64,000 nt of DNA from Paramoeba atlantica. Taxonomy: Eukaryota; Protista; Discosea. Both the position numbers and the translations under genes were made by a program. Of this stretch, positions 44,927 to 55,678 are shown one piece after another. Position 1 is the first letter of the stretch. Each line of letters starts with the position of its first letter. The notes beneath the pieces are model-generated. The model was not told the origin of the DNA. It saw only the letters and a list, made by a program, of their open reading frames with translations, and searched no databases. The stretch covers positions 76,250-140,249 of the forward strand of contig CDRNVI010000062.1 of the NCBI GenBank assembly GCA_977017575.1, in the 5' to 3' direction.

Positions 44927-46545
44927 CATAGTGGCAGTTAATAATTATTACAATAGAAATTATTAATAATTTTTGTTTTAAAAAAATCCTAATTATCAAT
45001 AATTATTAATAATTCTTCAATGGTACTTAAAAAGCTCAAATTTGAGGCAGTCTTTGGGAAAAAATGTATCTAAGGGGAGCAAATTTCACTTTCTTTCGGA
45101 CTGACACCATGTTTGGCAGCTGACCTAAGGAGGGTATGGTGAAAGACGGGGAATTGTCCGATTGTGTGCATCAAACAGGGGTCCTTAACACGTCCAAAAC
45201 TTTATTGTAATCCTTTTATGGTACTGTCCCCCCCCACTTAAGCGCAACCAGGTTTTGGCCTAAAATTGCGCATAAGTAGCCGGGTCAAAAAAAGGGGTGA
45301 AATTTTTTTTTGCTTCAATCATGAGTTATATACGCGGGGTGCCCTTGGGGACTGCTTTTTATATACTATCCTCCCTATCCTAGCGTCCCCTTGCTGGGAG
45401 GAAATGCAACGCTAGGAGGGGGGGGGCAAAAACTGGGGCCGAAGAATTGCTAAGCTGAAAATGTTGTGGGATTACTGAGGAAGATTTTCAAAAAAATCGC
45501 TGTTTAGAGTACATTTTTACCATAGCTTCGCAGCAAGAGACAGTCTAGAAAGCAACGCTAATGAGGGGGGCTACCGAGGCAACGATAGGATAGGGGGGAT
45601 AGTACTGTACCCCCCTAGTTATCTGTCACAACTTTTCGTGGAAAGGTGACAAATAAGTAGGGGGGTAAATTTCATTTTAAGATTTTTTTGGAAAACAATA
45701 GCTATGAAAGTGACAGATAACTAGGGGGAGTAATTGACGAAAAAAAATTGAAGGACCGAAAAGTGGCAGATAACTAGGGGGGTGACGTGTGAGAGATAAC
45801 TAGGGAGGAGGTACAGTACTTCACTTGTATGGTTACTTATGCCCGCGAATGACCACATCACGGGGTGAGTGGCTTTTTTGCGAGCACCCGATCAATTGTA
45901 GGAAAAGAACGGACTTTTAAGAGCATGGGTCCGAAATATAAATTAAAGTTTAGTTTTTCATGCACTTGTAGTGCAGTTACCCACGTTGTCTTTACCCGCC
46001 CCACATCTAGGCGGTGCCGCACGCTGGTGCGCTGATCATTTCAAAAGCGTACAGTACGTGGCAGGAGAGTTCCTCTGATGTACAGTACAGTATAGTATGC
46101 AACTAGCCGTACAGATCGGTGGAGGTCAGTGTGGATCAGAAGAGATCGCTGGAGATCGATGATCATTTTTGAACACCCAAAGGGACTACCTGCAGACTCT
46201 CCATTTCAACAGCGGCGAAAATTGGTACAAAAATTCGTACCACAAAAAAAATATCCCGCCGCTTTGCGGCGCTGTTCTTCTGAACGATGTGTCAAAGTTG
46301 CGCTTAAGTGGCCGGGTCAAACGGTTGCGCATAAGTAGGGGGGGACAGTACTGTAAACGTAGTATAAATGGTTGCACTGAAAGTGCATATCAAGCTCTCC
46401 TTGGTACCATATTGTCTGACTGAACCTTAATTTTTCACGCTCAGGGTATCGTTCAGAGCATCTTAATAATTATTAATAATCGCTAATAATTCTTTAATAA
46501 TTATTATTATTAAAGCCTAAAATTATTAATAATTCTGCCACTATG
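44927..46545. mobile_element. Non-autonomous element with an 8-bp TSD (hAT- or P-type ends)
   Basis: CATAGTGGCAG...CTGCCACTATG flanked by TTCATGTC at 44919-44926 and 46546-46553; AT-rich TAATAATT subterminal arrays. Confidence 0.85.
45224..46348. mobile_element. TA-flanked MITE containing two further TA-flanked MITEs (45366-45602 and 45605-45816)
   Basis: TA-CTGTCCCCCCCC...GGGGGGGACAG-TA; inner TA-CTATCC...GGATAG-TA and TA-CTGTACC...GGTACAG-TA, which share one TA. Confidence 0.8.
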
Positions 46546-46755
46546 TTCATGTCACGCCAGTATACCCCAAAAAAGTAAAGTATGCACCAAAAAAGCTAAG
46601 AATACTTAATCCTTCCCATCGAGACTATGTGTAACTCCTCGCGCAATCCAATCCAATCCAAAATACCGACAAAGTCGGCTAAAACACTTAGCACTTTCAC
46701 ATTAAACATTTCCATCTCTATCGCCTCCAAATTCAGAGTTTTTGTGCCTCCAAGA

Positions 46756-47610
46756 CTAGAGCACACAAACAGCATAAAGTAATGGAATATAAAACTTCCT
46801 CAAGGCATATTCCAGAACACGTACGGAGATACACAACAAGCACTCACACTTACTTTGGTGTCCCCCTTCCACCGTCAGTTCTCGTAGCTTTCTGGCGAAT
46901 TTAGGTTTGGGGAATGGAACGCTAGATTCTTCAATTAATTGTAGCTCTTTATAACTCTTGTTCTTGATAGCTGTGGCTTTCAATGTTTTCCATTTTTTTG
47001 TAGTAGCACGTTCGTAGTCAACCACTGGCTCAAGTGAAAGTTTTAGCTTTTCGGTGAGACGAAACCAATGTTCTCGATCTGTAGCATAAACCAATGTCTC
47101 TTCTAAAGTTATACCCAATACATGCTTCGCTTGGAGAAGGACGTCTCGAATTAGATTTATGTCTCCATTGCACCAGCTCTCGATAGTTCGGAGAATGTCT
47201 CAGCATGTGTCCGGTAAGTTTGGCTCTCTGAACTTTGTGAGTAGTGGAAAATCGTGATGTATTTACGTAGAGAGAGTCTGTAGGATAACAAAAACCATAC
47301 TCGTCCAATTTGTTGCACTGAGATGCAATTCTTCCCATCGTATTAATTTCGACATCAATCGAACGCAACATTTTTTGAGAAATGTACAATGCGCCCGAAC
47401 CAAAGTTCAGAATAGGGTATATAAGCACGTCGTATAGTCTGAGTTTAAGATGAGAGCTTAAGGATGAAATCCATATTCCTCGCATGCGGGCAAATGAGGA
47501 CCAGGCAAGTTTCAAACGATCTTTGATTGTAGATGATGTTTCATTGTCGTGAAGATGCCCTAGATGTCGATACGAATCTACTCTAGGTACCGTTTCCAGT
47601 TCTTTTGTCT
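46756..47610 (-). mobile_element. 5'-truncated RTE-like LINE, RT thumb/C-terminal region
   Basis: VDSYRHLG...IKDRLKLAWSSF..MRGIW...KLRLYDVLIYPILNFG...AKLTGHMLR is the typical RTE-type post-RT pattern. Confidence 0.7.
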
Positions 47611-48250
47611 GGAGATTCTTATTCTCCTCGCGCACGCGGATCTACACCGATGGGGCCAGGCACAACAACGCGCTTGAAGGACGTTATCCGTGGGATTCGG
47701 TGATACATCGCAATGAGTGGGTAAGTGCGTCCGGTGTGCACATGAACACCGTAGAAAGTGCCGGTGGCATGCTAAAGAAAACTTTGACCCGATGTGGTGG
47801 TTAACTTGGTAGAAACAGCGAAAGCCAGGAAGAGCGCTTATGCTTCCCTCTCGGAGTTACGATGCTCTAACACTGCTAAACCGGTCCAAAGACCGGGGCC
47901 ACATTTCATTAGTGATTGTGGAAATGGTGATGGAAGCAGCGACTGCTTTCCGAAGCTGTAGATCGGTATAACGAAATGGGAGGAGGGGTGTTTCGGAATG
48001 AAATGTGGTCCTGGGCAGTCCGGATAACAGGGTTAGAGCATCGTAACTACGAGAGGGAAGTTTTGCTTCCCGACCACTATCAAGGAGGAGGGAAGCCTAC
48101 TTCCCGGAAGTGGGTGAAGTATGCTCCATGGCAGTGAGTCTCAGTGGGGAGATAACTTTTTGAATTAGTGAAATGGTCTACACCTGGATTATATCAACAG
48201 TAGTTCGCGTTCAAGAAAATAGATTGAACTGCACGTTGGGGAGTACACTA

Positions 48251-48564
48251 CCGTATACCCCCCAGTAATAGCCCCCCCCAGTAACAGAGATTTGACCATT
48301 TTTAGACTGACTCCTAGTAACAGAGATTTGGTTCGGGAGGGTGGGTGGAGGGGGGAGGGGGTGTTTGAGCGGGTGGGGGTCGCTGGGCTGGGTGAAGGTG
48401 GCTGCATGGAAGCGAATGGCGTAGTTGCGGGGTTGTCTGGACAGAAAATCAATGCACCCATGAACAAAAAAGGTCTTTTCCCACCAAAAAAGCATACCCC
48501 CCAAGTAACAGAGATTTGGCCATTTGGGTCCAAAATCGATTCTATTACTGGGGGGGGTATACGG
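48251..48564. mobile_element. TA-flanked MITE (CCGTATACCCCCCAGTAAT family), complete copy
   Basis: TA-CCGTATACCCCCCAGTAAT...ATTACTGGGGGGGGTATACGG-TA. Confidence 0.85.
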
Positions 48565-48566
48565 TA

Positions 48567-48860
48567 GTATGGTTTGGTATGGCCACTGAGTAAGATTGGA
48601 TGAACTCCAGAGTAGCGAGTACACTAGCATGGTTTGGTATGGCCACTGAGTGAGGTTGAGTGAACGCCACAGTTGCGAGTATACTAGTATGGTTTGGCAT
48701 GGTCACTGAGTATGGTTTGGTGAACTCCACAGTAGGGGACACACTAGTATGGTTTGGTATGGCCACTAAGGTTGGGTGAACTCCACAGCAGCGAGTACAC
48801 TGTAGTATGGTTGCTGACTATGGTTACAATAGTCCAGTATTATTACTGTGGTATGGCTAC
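48567..48860. repeat. 60-bp tandem repeat, about 4.5 units
   Basis: G(T/C)ATGGTTTGG units start at 48567, 48627, 48687, 48747 and about 48805; the minus strand reads as 20-aa repeats (SVAIPNHTSVLATVEFTQPY-like). Confidence 0.85.
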
Positions 48861-49075
48861 TGAGGAAGGTTGAGTTAATTATAGTATGGTTTGTGTGGTC
48901 AGTCAGTAGGTGCCCATCCATTCAATTTTGTTTAACTTCAAGTTAGATTCGTGTGACTCTCACGTTTAGATACGGATCCTTAGATCCCCCAAAATACGAT
49001 GTATGAGAGCTGGCGAACTATCCTTTGTCTCATTTGTAACATTTTAATGAAGTAAAAGATGGTAATCGCAATTTT

Positions 49076-50224
49076 GTGGTGCCTTTCTATTCTCGTTCTA
49101 CTGTTTTAACGCACACGTCAACCACGTGTTTTGATTCTTTAAGTGAAACTTCTTCAACTAACGAACGTTACTCTCCCGAAGACGCGTACATGCAGCTTTG
49201 CTCTATGAAACGCGTGGGTGTAGAAGTGAGGAATAGGATTATCAGTGTTCTTCCTGCGGCCGTCTTTTTTGTGAAAGGAAAAATGATGCTCGAGCCTATA
49301 CTGGCTGGAAATGGTAAAACTGCAACCGGTGCACAAAAAATTGAAAAGGCTTTTCAGGCTCTTCGATGCGGTAATTTTGATGCGGGTGAAGTCCCCGACA
49401 CGGTGCTTGTTGCACTCCGAACGCATTATGTGATCATGAGTAGACTATCATCAAAAGACGAAAATGTTACCAAAAGAGGGGCTGAAGGACAAGCTGTCTC
49501 GAACGAGCGTGGGGGGAAAGGTATCAAGGGATCCATGAGTCCTCTAATTTGTAAGGCTGCAAAGCCAATTTGCGGGCCATTGATACATCAATGCCTGACA
49601 AATCAAGGATTTCAAACGGGGGGCTGGATGACTCCAGAACTAATAGCTGAAGTTCGGGCTGCAATAGGAAAAACCCCATACATGCGTTACTACGCGAATT
49701 TGATTGCTCAACTGCCTGCTGGGACAACGATTACGGGTACCGAAGACGAAGGTATTCGTCTTGTGGTATGGAACTTACTCTGTAAGCCCGCCTCAGTAAT
49801 GGTCTCGTGCAGGTTGGCAGCGCAAGGTACGCGCATTACCCCTGCCACATTCGAAGAAATTCTTTTGGATAGCGAGGCGACGAGCATTGACAAAAGTATC
49901 GTCAATGCTCTTGCCAGTAATGTTCGCGCCGTTACTCGAATCAATTCGGCCGATCGCGGGTATACCGGTAAATGTTTTCGGACGGAGCATATGGGATCAT
50001 TCGACGAACTAAAAATGGAAAAATCAGGAGGGGTCACGCAACGCACGTGGTACTTCCCGAACGCAGGCTATAGTCATTGGACACTATGCAGTTGTCCACT
50101 GCCATCCAGTGCCATCCAAAACAGAGATATTAGTGAGGACCGAAGACCTTTTTTTAGATTTGGAGGACCCAAGAACTTCCCATTTCCGCCGGATGTTGTA
50201 GGACAAGTGATGACCATGATATGA
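49076..50224 (+). CDS. Orphan ORF (382 codons; first ATG about 38 codons in), unknown product
   Basis: Long stop-free frame with normal globular-protein composition, in AT-rich debris and antisense to host genes; no motif recognised. Confidence 0.55.
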   Translation: MVPFYSRSTVLTHTSTTCFDSLSETSSTNERYSPEDAYMQLCSMKRVGVEVRNRIISVLPAAVFFVKGKMMLEPILAGNGKTATGAQKIEKAFQALRCGNFDAGEVPDTVLVALRTHYVIMSRLSSKDENVTKRGAEGQAVSNERGGKGIKGSMSPLICKAAKPICGPLIHQCLTNQGFQTGGWMTPELIAEVRAAIGKTPYMRYYANLIAQLPAGTTITGTEDEGIRLVVWNLLCKPASVMVSCRLAAQGTRITPATFEEILLDSEATSIDKSIVNALASNVRAVTRINSADRGYTGKCFRTEHMGSFDELKMEKSGGVTQRTWYFPNAGYSHWTLCSCPLPSSAIQNRDISEDRRPFFRFGGPKNFPFPPDVVGQVMTMI

Positions 50225-51084
50225 AAAAGCGGCTAATGTCGGATTCAATTGTACTCATTTTTCAAAAACACGTCTTTTCCTTGCCTTTTGCAAAATAAGA
50301 TATTTTCTCGGTCTCTTCTTGTGCGTGCTTTGTCATGTACATGTGCGGACCTGAGTTGAATTTTAAAGTGAAAGCATGATGGGGACACATCAAAAACTTT
50401 TGAAGATTTTTTGCTTTGTGACCGAAGAGAAATGTCCTCACGATCACGAGGGTGGGAAAATTCGTGACTCTGTTTCTAGTATTTGTTGGAGGTGATGTAA
50501 GCACGTAAATTTTAGAAAAAGATTGTCTCGATTACTTCCTTACTCAAGTCATTGCAGCAAAGATCATGGATCCATATCCTGCAAGAAAACGGATAGCGAA
50601 GTGTGGCGTTCCATGAATGAGGATCAACAAAGAAAGTTTACGGTTCAAAAATCGAGCCGGCGTCAGTCAATTTAACTATTAAACGAAGGAAGAATCTACA
50701 AAGACAATCAAAGAACAAAAACAAGCTACGTTGTATTTAATACAGTGTAAACGTTGTATTTATACAATACAAAAAACACATCTATATCTCATTAATATCA
50801 AAGAGTTTTATAGTTTTACACTATCTCGTTTTTACTTCCCTTGAGCTTAGTTTTTGCCTTGAAGCACATCACTTAGTCATGTTTTTCGGGTACAACGTTA
50901 CTCTTACATTGTAATTGATAGAGTAATGAGTGAGTATTGATTATAGTGCATGTTTAGTTTGGGCATTAATTCATCTCAGTTGTGCAAGTGGAGGCAGGTC
51001 ATACTGCTGCATATTGTATTACAAGGCTAGGTTGTTTGCCTTGAAGCACAAATGCATCGTATATGATGTTCTGGTGCAAGTTAA

Positions 51085-51431
51085 ACGGGGGTACGACTTA
51101 ATGTACAGGGGGGGTATAATAAAGTGTACCCTGTATATTAAGGGGGGGTATATTCGCTCACCGTTTATACCGGGTGGGGGGTATAATGTGTGGGGGTGAG
51201 GGATATATTAGCTCCAATGTTTTTTTGCGGTAACCAAAGAGGTTAAAAGGGGTAATACATGATGGCACCGTGGAAAACAAGGGGATGGGGGGTATAAACG
51301 CTCTATTGTTTTTGAGCGTTTATACCCCCCATCCCCTTGTTTTCCACGGTGCCGAGGGGGGGTATATTGGGTAGCGAATATACCCCCCCGGCATATAAAA
51401 GGGTACCCGGTACATTAGGTCGTACCCCCGT
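51085..51431. mobile_element. TTAA-bounded foldback element with a perfect internal 40-bp hairpin
   Basis: TTAA-ACGGGGGTACGACTTAATGTAC...GTACATTAGGTCGTACCCCCGT-TTAA; arms 51264-51303 and 51314-51353 are exact reverse complements. Confidence 0.85.
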
Positions 51432-51842
51432 TTAAAACACATGATACAAGTTAAAAATAAGGTAGTAATCTAGCATTCAACATAGGGACTAGGACTTTTG
51501 GTTTACTGCTCTTTTGTTTGATTTTCCGAAATTGACATTCGCAAAGCGTGATTCAGGCACATTCTGGTATGCTAAGTGAATGGGATTGGTACAGCGGTAG
51601 GCATGCACCTACTGCATGCTGGGATGCAAACAATACATTTATGAAAAAAGGTAGGGTTATATCAGTTTAATATATTGCGGTGGTTGTAAACCCCTCCGCA
51701 CCAATAAGGCACCCACCCTTAACTTTTCAGCCAAATGTCCGTTTGGGCTGATTTTTGTTGCATTTTGCAGATCTCAACATAAAGACTTTGCGCGTGAAGA
51801 AATGAAACAAAAAGAAACGAATACGTATATTTTAGAGAAAGA

Positions 51843-52440
51843 TTACCATTTTGTCACCTTTTCTCCGTTACTCGCCACACAAGCTTTGAGGCGAGCATCT
51901 AACCTCAAAACCCAATCATAAATATAATATTGAGACAATTTACGCCAAGCTTTACGTACGATTTTTATGAGATCTTCTTTATTTGCCGGATTGTATTCAT
52001 CTACAAGACTTTGTACCATGCTCCACACGCTTTCTATTGGTGAGAGATCGGGGGAGTTGGGCGGCTAATTTTTCAAAAATTTCATTTTGTTGTCATCAAG
52101 GTACGCTTTTGTTTCCTTCGCAGTGTGAGGTGCTGCCCCATCTTGCTGAAAAATACAGTTTGGGGTGAATGGTACTTTTTTTAATGTTTTAATGTACGAA
52201 ACACATGTAATTGAGTTGGATGGAAGAATAACAAAGTGTCTTTGGATTCTGTTTTTTACTTCAGGGCTCAGAGTGTAAAGAATTTCAGGCGAATTGTTTT
52301 TCAAATATTTTCCAATATGTTTCACATTGACATTAAACCCGCGGGCTAGTTACCTTATCGCAACCCCGTGGCCAAGCCTCATGCGCCATAACACTTTTCC
52401 ACTTTCTGTAAGACCACCCCTGGGGAGTCGATACGTATTT
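51843..52440 (-). mobile_element. Tc1-like transposase remnant (DD35E)
   Basis: IFQQDGAAPHTA...N*PPNSPDLSPIESVW...RLKACVASNGE; the conserved W has mutated to TAG. Confidence 0.85.
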
Positions 52441-52599
52441 TTTGGCATGAAAAGTGAATTTTTCTTAAAAAATACATTCAACTTTTTTATATTTTTCGAA
52501 ATGACCTAAAGACAACGGGAACGTACAGATCTCAAAATTTTGCACGATAAAGTGGTGCGATAACCCCCCTAGCCCCCCTTGTGCGAAAAATAAGGGTGG

Positions 52600-53750
52600 G
52601 TGCCTTTTTGATGCGGAGGAGTTTATAACTACCGCTCTGCCCTCGATTATTGAAAAAACAGTGAACAAAAACAGTGAAAATATAAAGAGGAACACAGTAA
52701 TATCATAGAAGAAAAAAATATTAAAGGGGGCCCCGGTGGTCCAAAACTGAAAAAACCAATTCAAAAAAATGGGGCGTCCATGGGGGGGTCGAGGGGGGGG
52801 GCATACGTCGCGAATTTTTTTTTCGAATTTTTTGCTTTTCAAAATCGAGCGCAGGGAAATGATAGAGTAGGCCGCGGCGATAATTTTCCACCCCCCCCCT
52901 GGGGGTACCCCCCCCGGTACGCGGAGGAGGGGTCCGACATGGCCAAAAATTACAAAATTTTTGGGGTGACCCAAAAAAAAGAAAAAATATTATTTTTCCA
53001 AAATCGACTTCTAAACCGTATTTAGAGAGTTTTGGACCTCAGCTAACATTCTGCGACGTTTGGTTCGACAGATTCACCTCCTGCCCCTACTGGTAAGGCA
53101 TCCAAAACGACCCAAATTCGGGTTACAAATTCGCAGTTTTCGCCGGAAAATCGAGCTTTTTTACCCGATAAAATAGATTATTCATCATCTTTTACCGATT
53201 GTTCTTTTTTAGGCTCTTCGTTAAACGCGGTGGTAGTTTTCAACGTGAAGCGCGCAGCATGAGTGACTTCTAAGTTGAAAACAACCACCGCGTTCAACGA
53301 AGAGCCTAAAAATTGTATTAACAATAATAATAATTAACGGAATATTTTTTTGGGAAGAAATTATTCCGTTAATTATTATTCCAATGATTTTTACTAAATT
53401 CCTAACAAACTTTAAGCGCCAAGATACAACTTGTATATTCTCAAAAACTCTTCAGAACGTTGCGGGTTCGGTGCGGGTATTACAACAATCTTCTCAAAGC
53501 AAGCGAACTCTTCAGGCATTCCAGGAACTGAAGTAGAAAATTAGAGAGAGAACACGACTCCAACCACACCATTCTTTCGACACAAAAAGGCCCCTTGGGG
53601 TCCGAAAAATAATTTTTCACATTTTTTTGGTCAAAAATGGGTCATTTTCGCGGGTTCTACCGCTTCTGAAGTTTATTTTCGAAAAATAATTTTTACAAAA
53701 AAAATTTCGTGCGGTATGCTCCCCCTAGACCCCTCATGTTTTTCATTTTT
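52600..53750. repeat. Diverged foldback-type repeat centred on the hairpin at 53207-53311
   Basis: 52600-53310 is an inverted homologue of 57995-58910; 53555-53670 is a direct homologue of 58280-58390. Confidence 0.6.
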
Positions 53751-53897
53751 TAATTTTTCACAAATTATTCTATTGGCTTTTATACTTACCGAATATTTTA
53801 TATGGCTTTTACATCTATTTATACTAACTATTCCGAAATTGTTTGTTTATAAAAAAAATGGTTTATTATACATGCACCTATGGATGAACTGATATCA

Positions 53898-54401
53898 TTA
53901 CTTTCGTTGTTCCACCAGTGTTTCAATGAATGCGTTGCCCTTCTTGCGAAGTTGTGCTGCCTCATCTGAAAGAGCTTTGCGTTCAGCGGGTGGTAGATTC
54001 CTGTATTTGGCAGATACTTTCTTTACCGCCGCGCGGAAACAATCCTTAGGATTCTTGTGATTTCCCCTCTCCGCTTTGTATGTCGCTGACATGGTACGCT
54101 TTAAGAACAAGTTATAAGGTCCGTAGTGTGCGCTTTTCATTTGTGCTTTCAGCGCTTTCTTCCGTTTCATATTCTCAGCAGCAATATTACTCAAGGACTG
54201 GACTTGAGCTGGAGTTAATTTTTTAAAAGCGGCATGAAGTCCGGCGAGATCTGGGTATCCCTTTGTACCTTTGCAAGATTTTGACATAAATACACGCAGC
54301 GCACTTGTCGGAGCTGATTTTCCAGCCCACGGATTATTGATAACTTTACGACGAAGCTTTGCGATGTTCTTGGCGAGGTTTGGAAGCACACGAGTAAACA
54401 T
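53898..54401 (-). CDS. KAP-like tandem HMG-box protein, copy 5 (167 aa)
   Basis: Intact paralogue; aligned ATG at 54401 (MFTRVLP). Confidence 0.85.
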   Translation of the reverse strand: MFTRVLPNLAKNIAKLRRKVINNPWAGKSAPTSALRVFMSKSCKGTKGYPDLAGLHAAFKKLTPAQVQSLSNIAAENMKRKKALKAQMKSAHYGPYNLFLKRTMSATYKAERGNHKNPKDCFRAAVKKVSAKYRNLPPAERKALSDEAAQLRKKGNAFIETLVEQRK

Positions 54402-55678
54402 TGGAGGTATAAAGGTAAACGCTGTATTCAACAAATAGGATTCTTTTGCCGTTAAACATAACGTTTCCTTTAGCGCTATTCCATTTGCTTATTCTTTTTA
54501 TTGTCTCAAAATTGTTTTAATTTCTTCGATTAAAGGGGCATAGTTTTGTACCAAATAATAGTTTTTCAATGAAATTTCTCCCCTACAAGTAGAAAAAAGC
54601 TCTCAAACTTACAAAAACATTTTGGCTAGGACCTTCGATGAATCTTCATCAAAAGTTGTACACTTTCGTTGAAGCACATTGAAAGTTGTACACTTTCGAT
54701 GAATCTTCATCGAAGGTGTTTTTGATTTTTTTTTGACATTTTAAAATTTTTGATTTCGACCGAATTCTTCAATTAGCTGTTGAAAACACGTTACGTGAAA
54801 CATGTAATTCTAATAGTCTACGTTTTGAAATTTAGCCGAGGGGCTGTTATGATTTGTGTTCTAAACCCTGTTCCGGGTTATTGTGCCCCCCCTGCACAAT
54901 AACTGGCTCTAGGCACAATAACTAAATATATGAAAAAGCCAAAAAAGGGTAACATAACAAACCAAATCTGCTTTTGGGCTTAATTAGGTTTGGGCGTAAT
55001 TAAGTTTAGACCGGTAATTAAAATGTACGTTTTTTAATTAACGTAGCAATAATTAACGTAATAATTGATTTATGTCAAAAAAAGGTGAAAAATAATTATT
55101 TTTTTTACACTATATTACAATTTTAAAACAAGCAATCAAGTTAGCAATTTCACTTTTTGTATCCCAAAACTAGCAATTCAACCTCCCTTGAGTTATTTGT
55201 GATTCTAATAATAATAACAATAATGATAAAAAGGAAGCAATCCAGGTCCAATCCATTCACGCGTTCCGGACCGGGTCTTTCGACCTCTCCACGGCCTGAC
55301 TTGGGAACCCTTCCCTTGTTATATGGGAAAGTTTATGTGGGAGGTTTTTTTTCCCTAAACCCCATCGCCCAGCTAGCCTCGTACAAGCCCGTTCCAGTGG
55401 TTTTGGGACTATCCCCACATTCATGTACATGAGAGAAATGGGTAAAGAATGACGCATTCGTGCAGATCTAGTTGAGGGCAACACGGGAAAAATACTTGTA
55501 AACAAAACGAATATAGAATAGAACACTGAAAAATACTTTGAAAAGTCAAATTTCCCATTAAAAAGTGAAATTTTCGGAGGAAAAATTTTAACAGCTGTCT
55601 GAAATATTCTTACCCGATGACCATTATTTAGATACCCCCATTATTTTTGGCGCTAGAGGGCATAAATAGTAAATCATA

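Larger units (their letters stand above)
44392..47804 (+). mobile_element. Merlin/IS1595-like transposase gene split by nested insertions
   Basis: N-half ...FFMQVDETWFSKV; ...TLVECSRGNKLEEIHV|TPVYPK continues across the 44927 insertion; C-half TRIYTDGARH...SVIHRNEWV...VHMNTVES...MLKK at about 47620-47804. Confidence 0.75.

Noticed and set aside
48567-48860. CRISPR array
   Set aside because: The inter-repeat segments are homologous to each other, so this is a tandem repeat without unique spacers.
49076-50224. Fanzor/TnpB-like RNA-guided nuclease beside IS630- or IS1595-like elements
   Set aside because: I saw no RuvC-I/II/III or CxxC...CxxC-DRD pattern in this or any other ORF.
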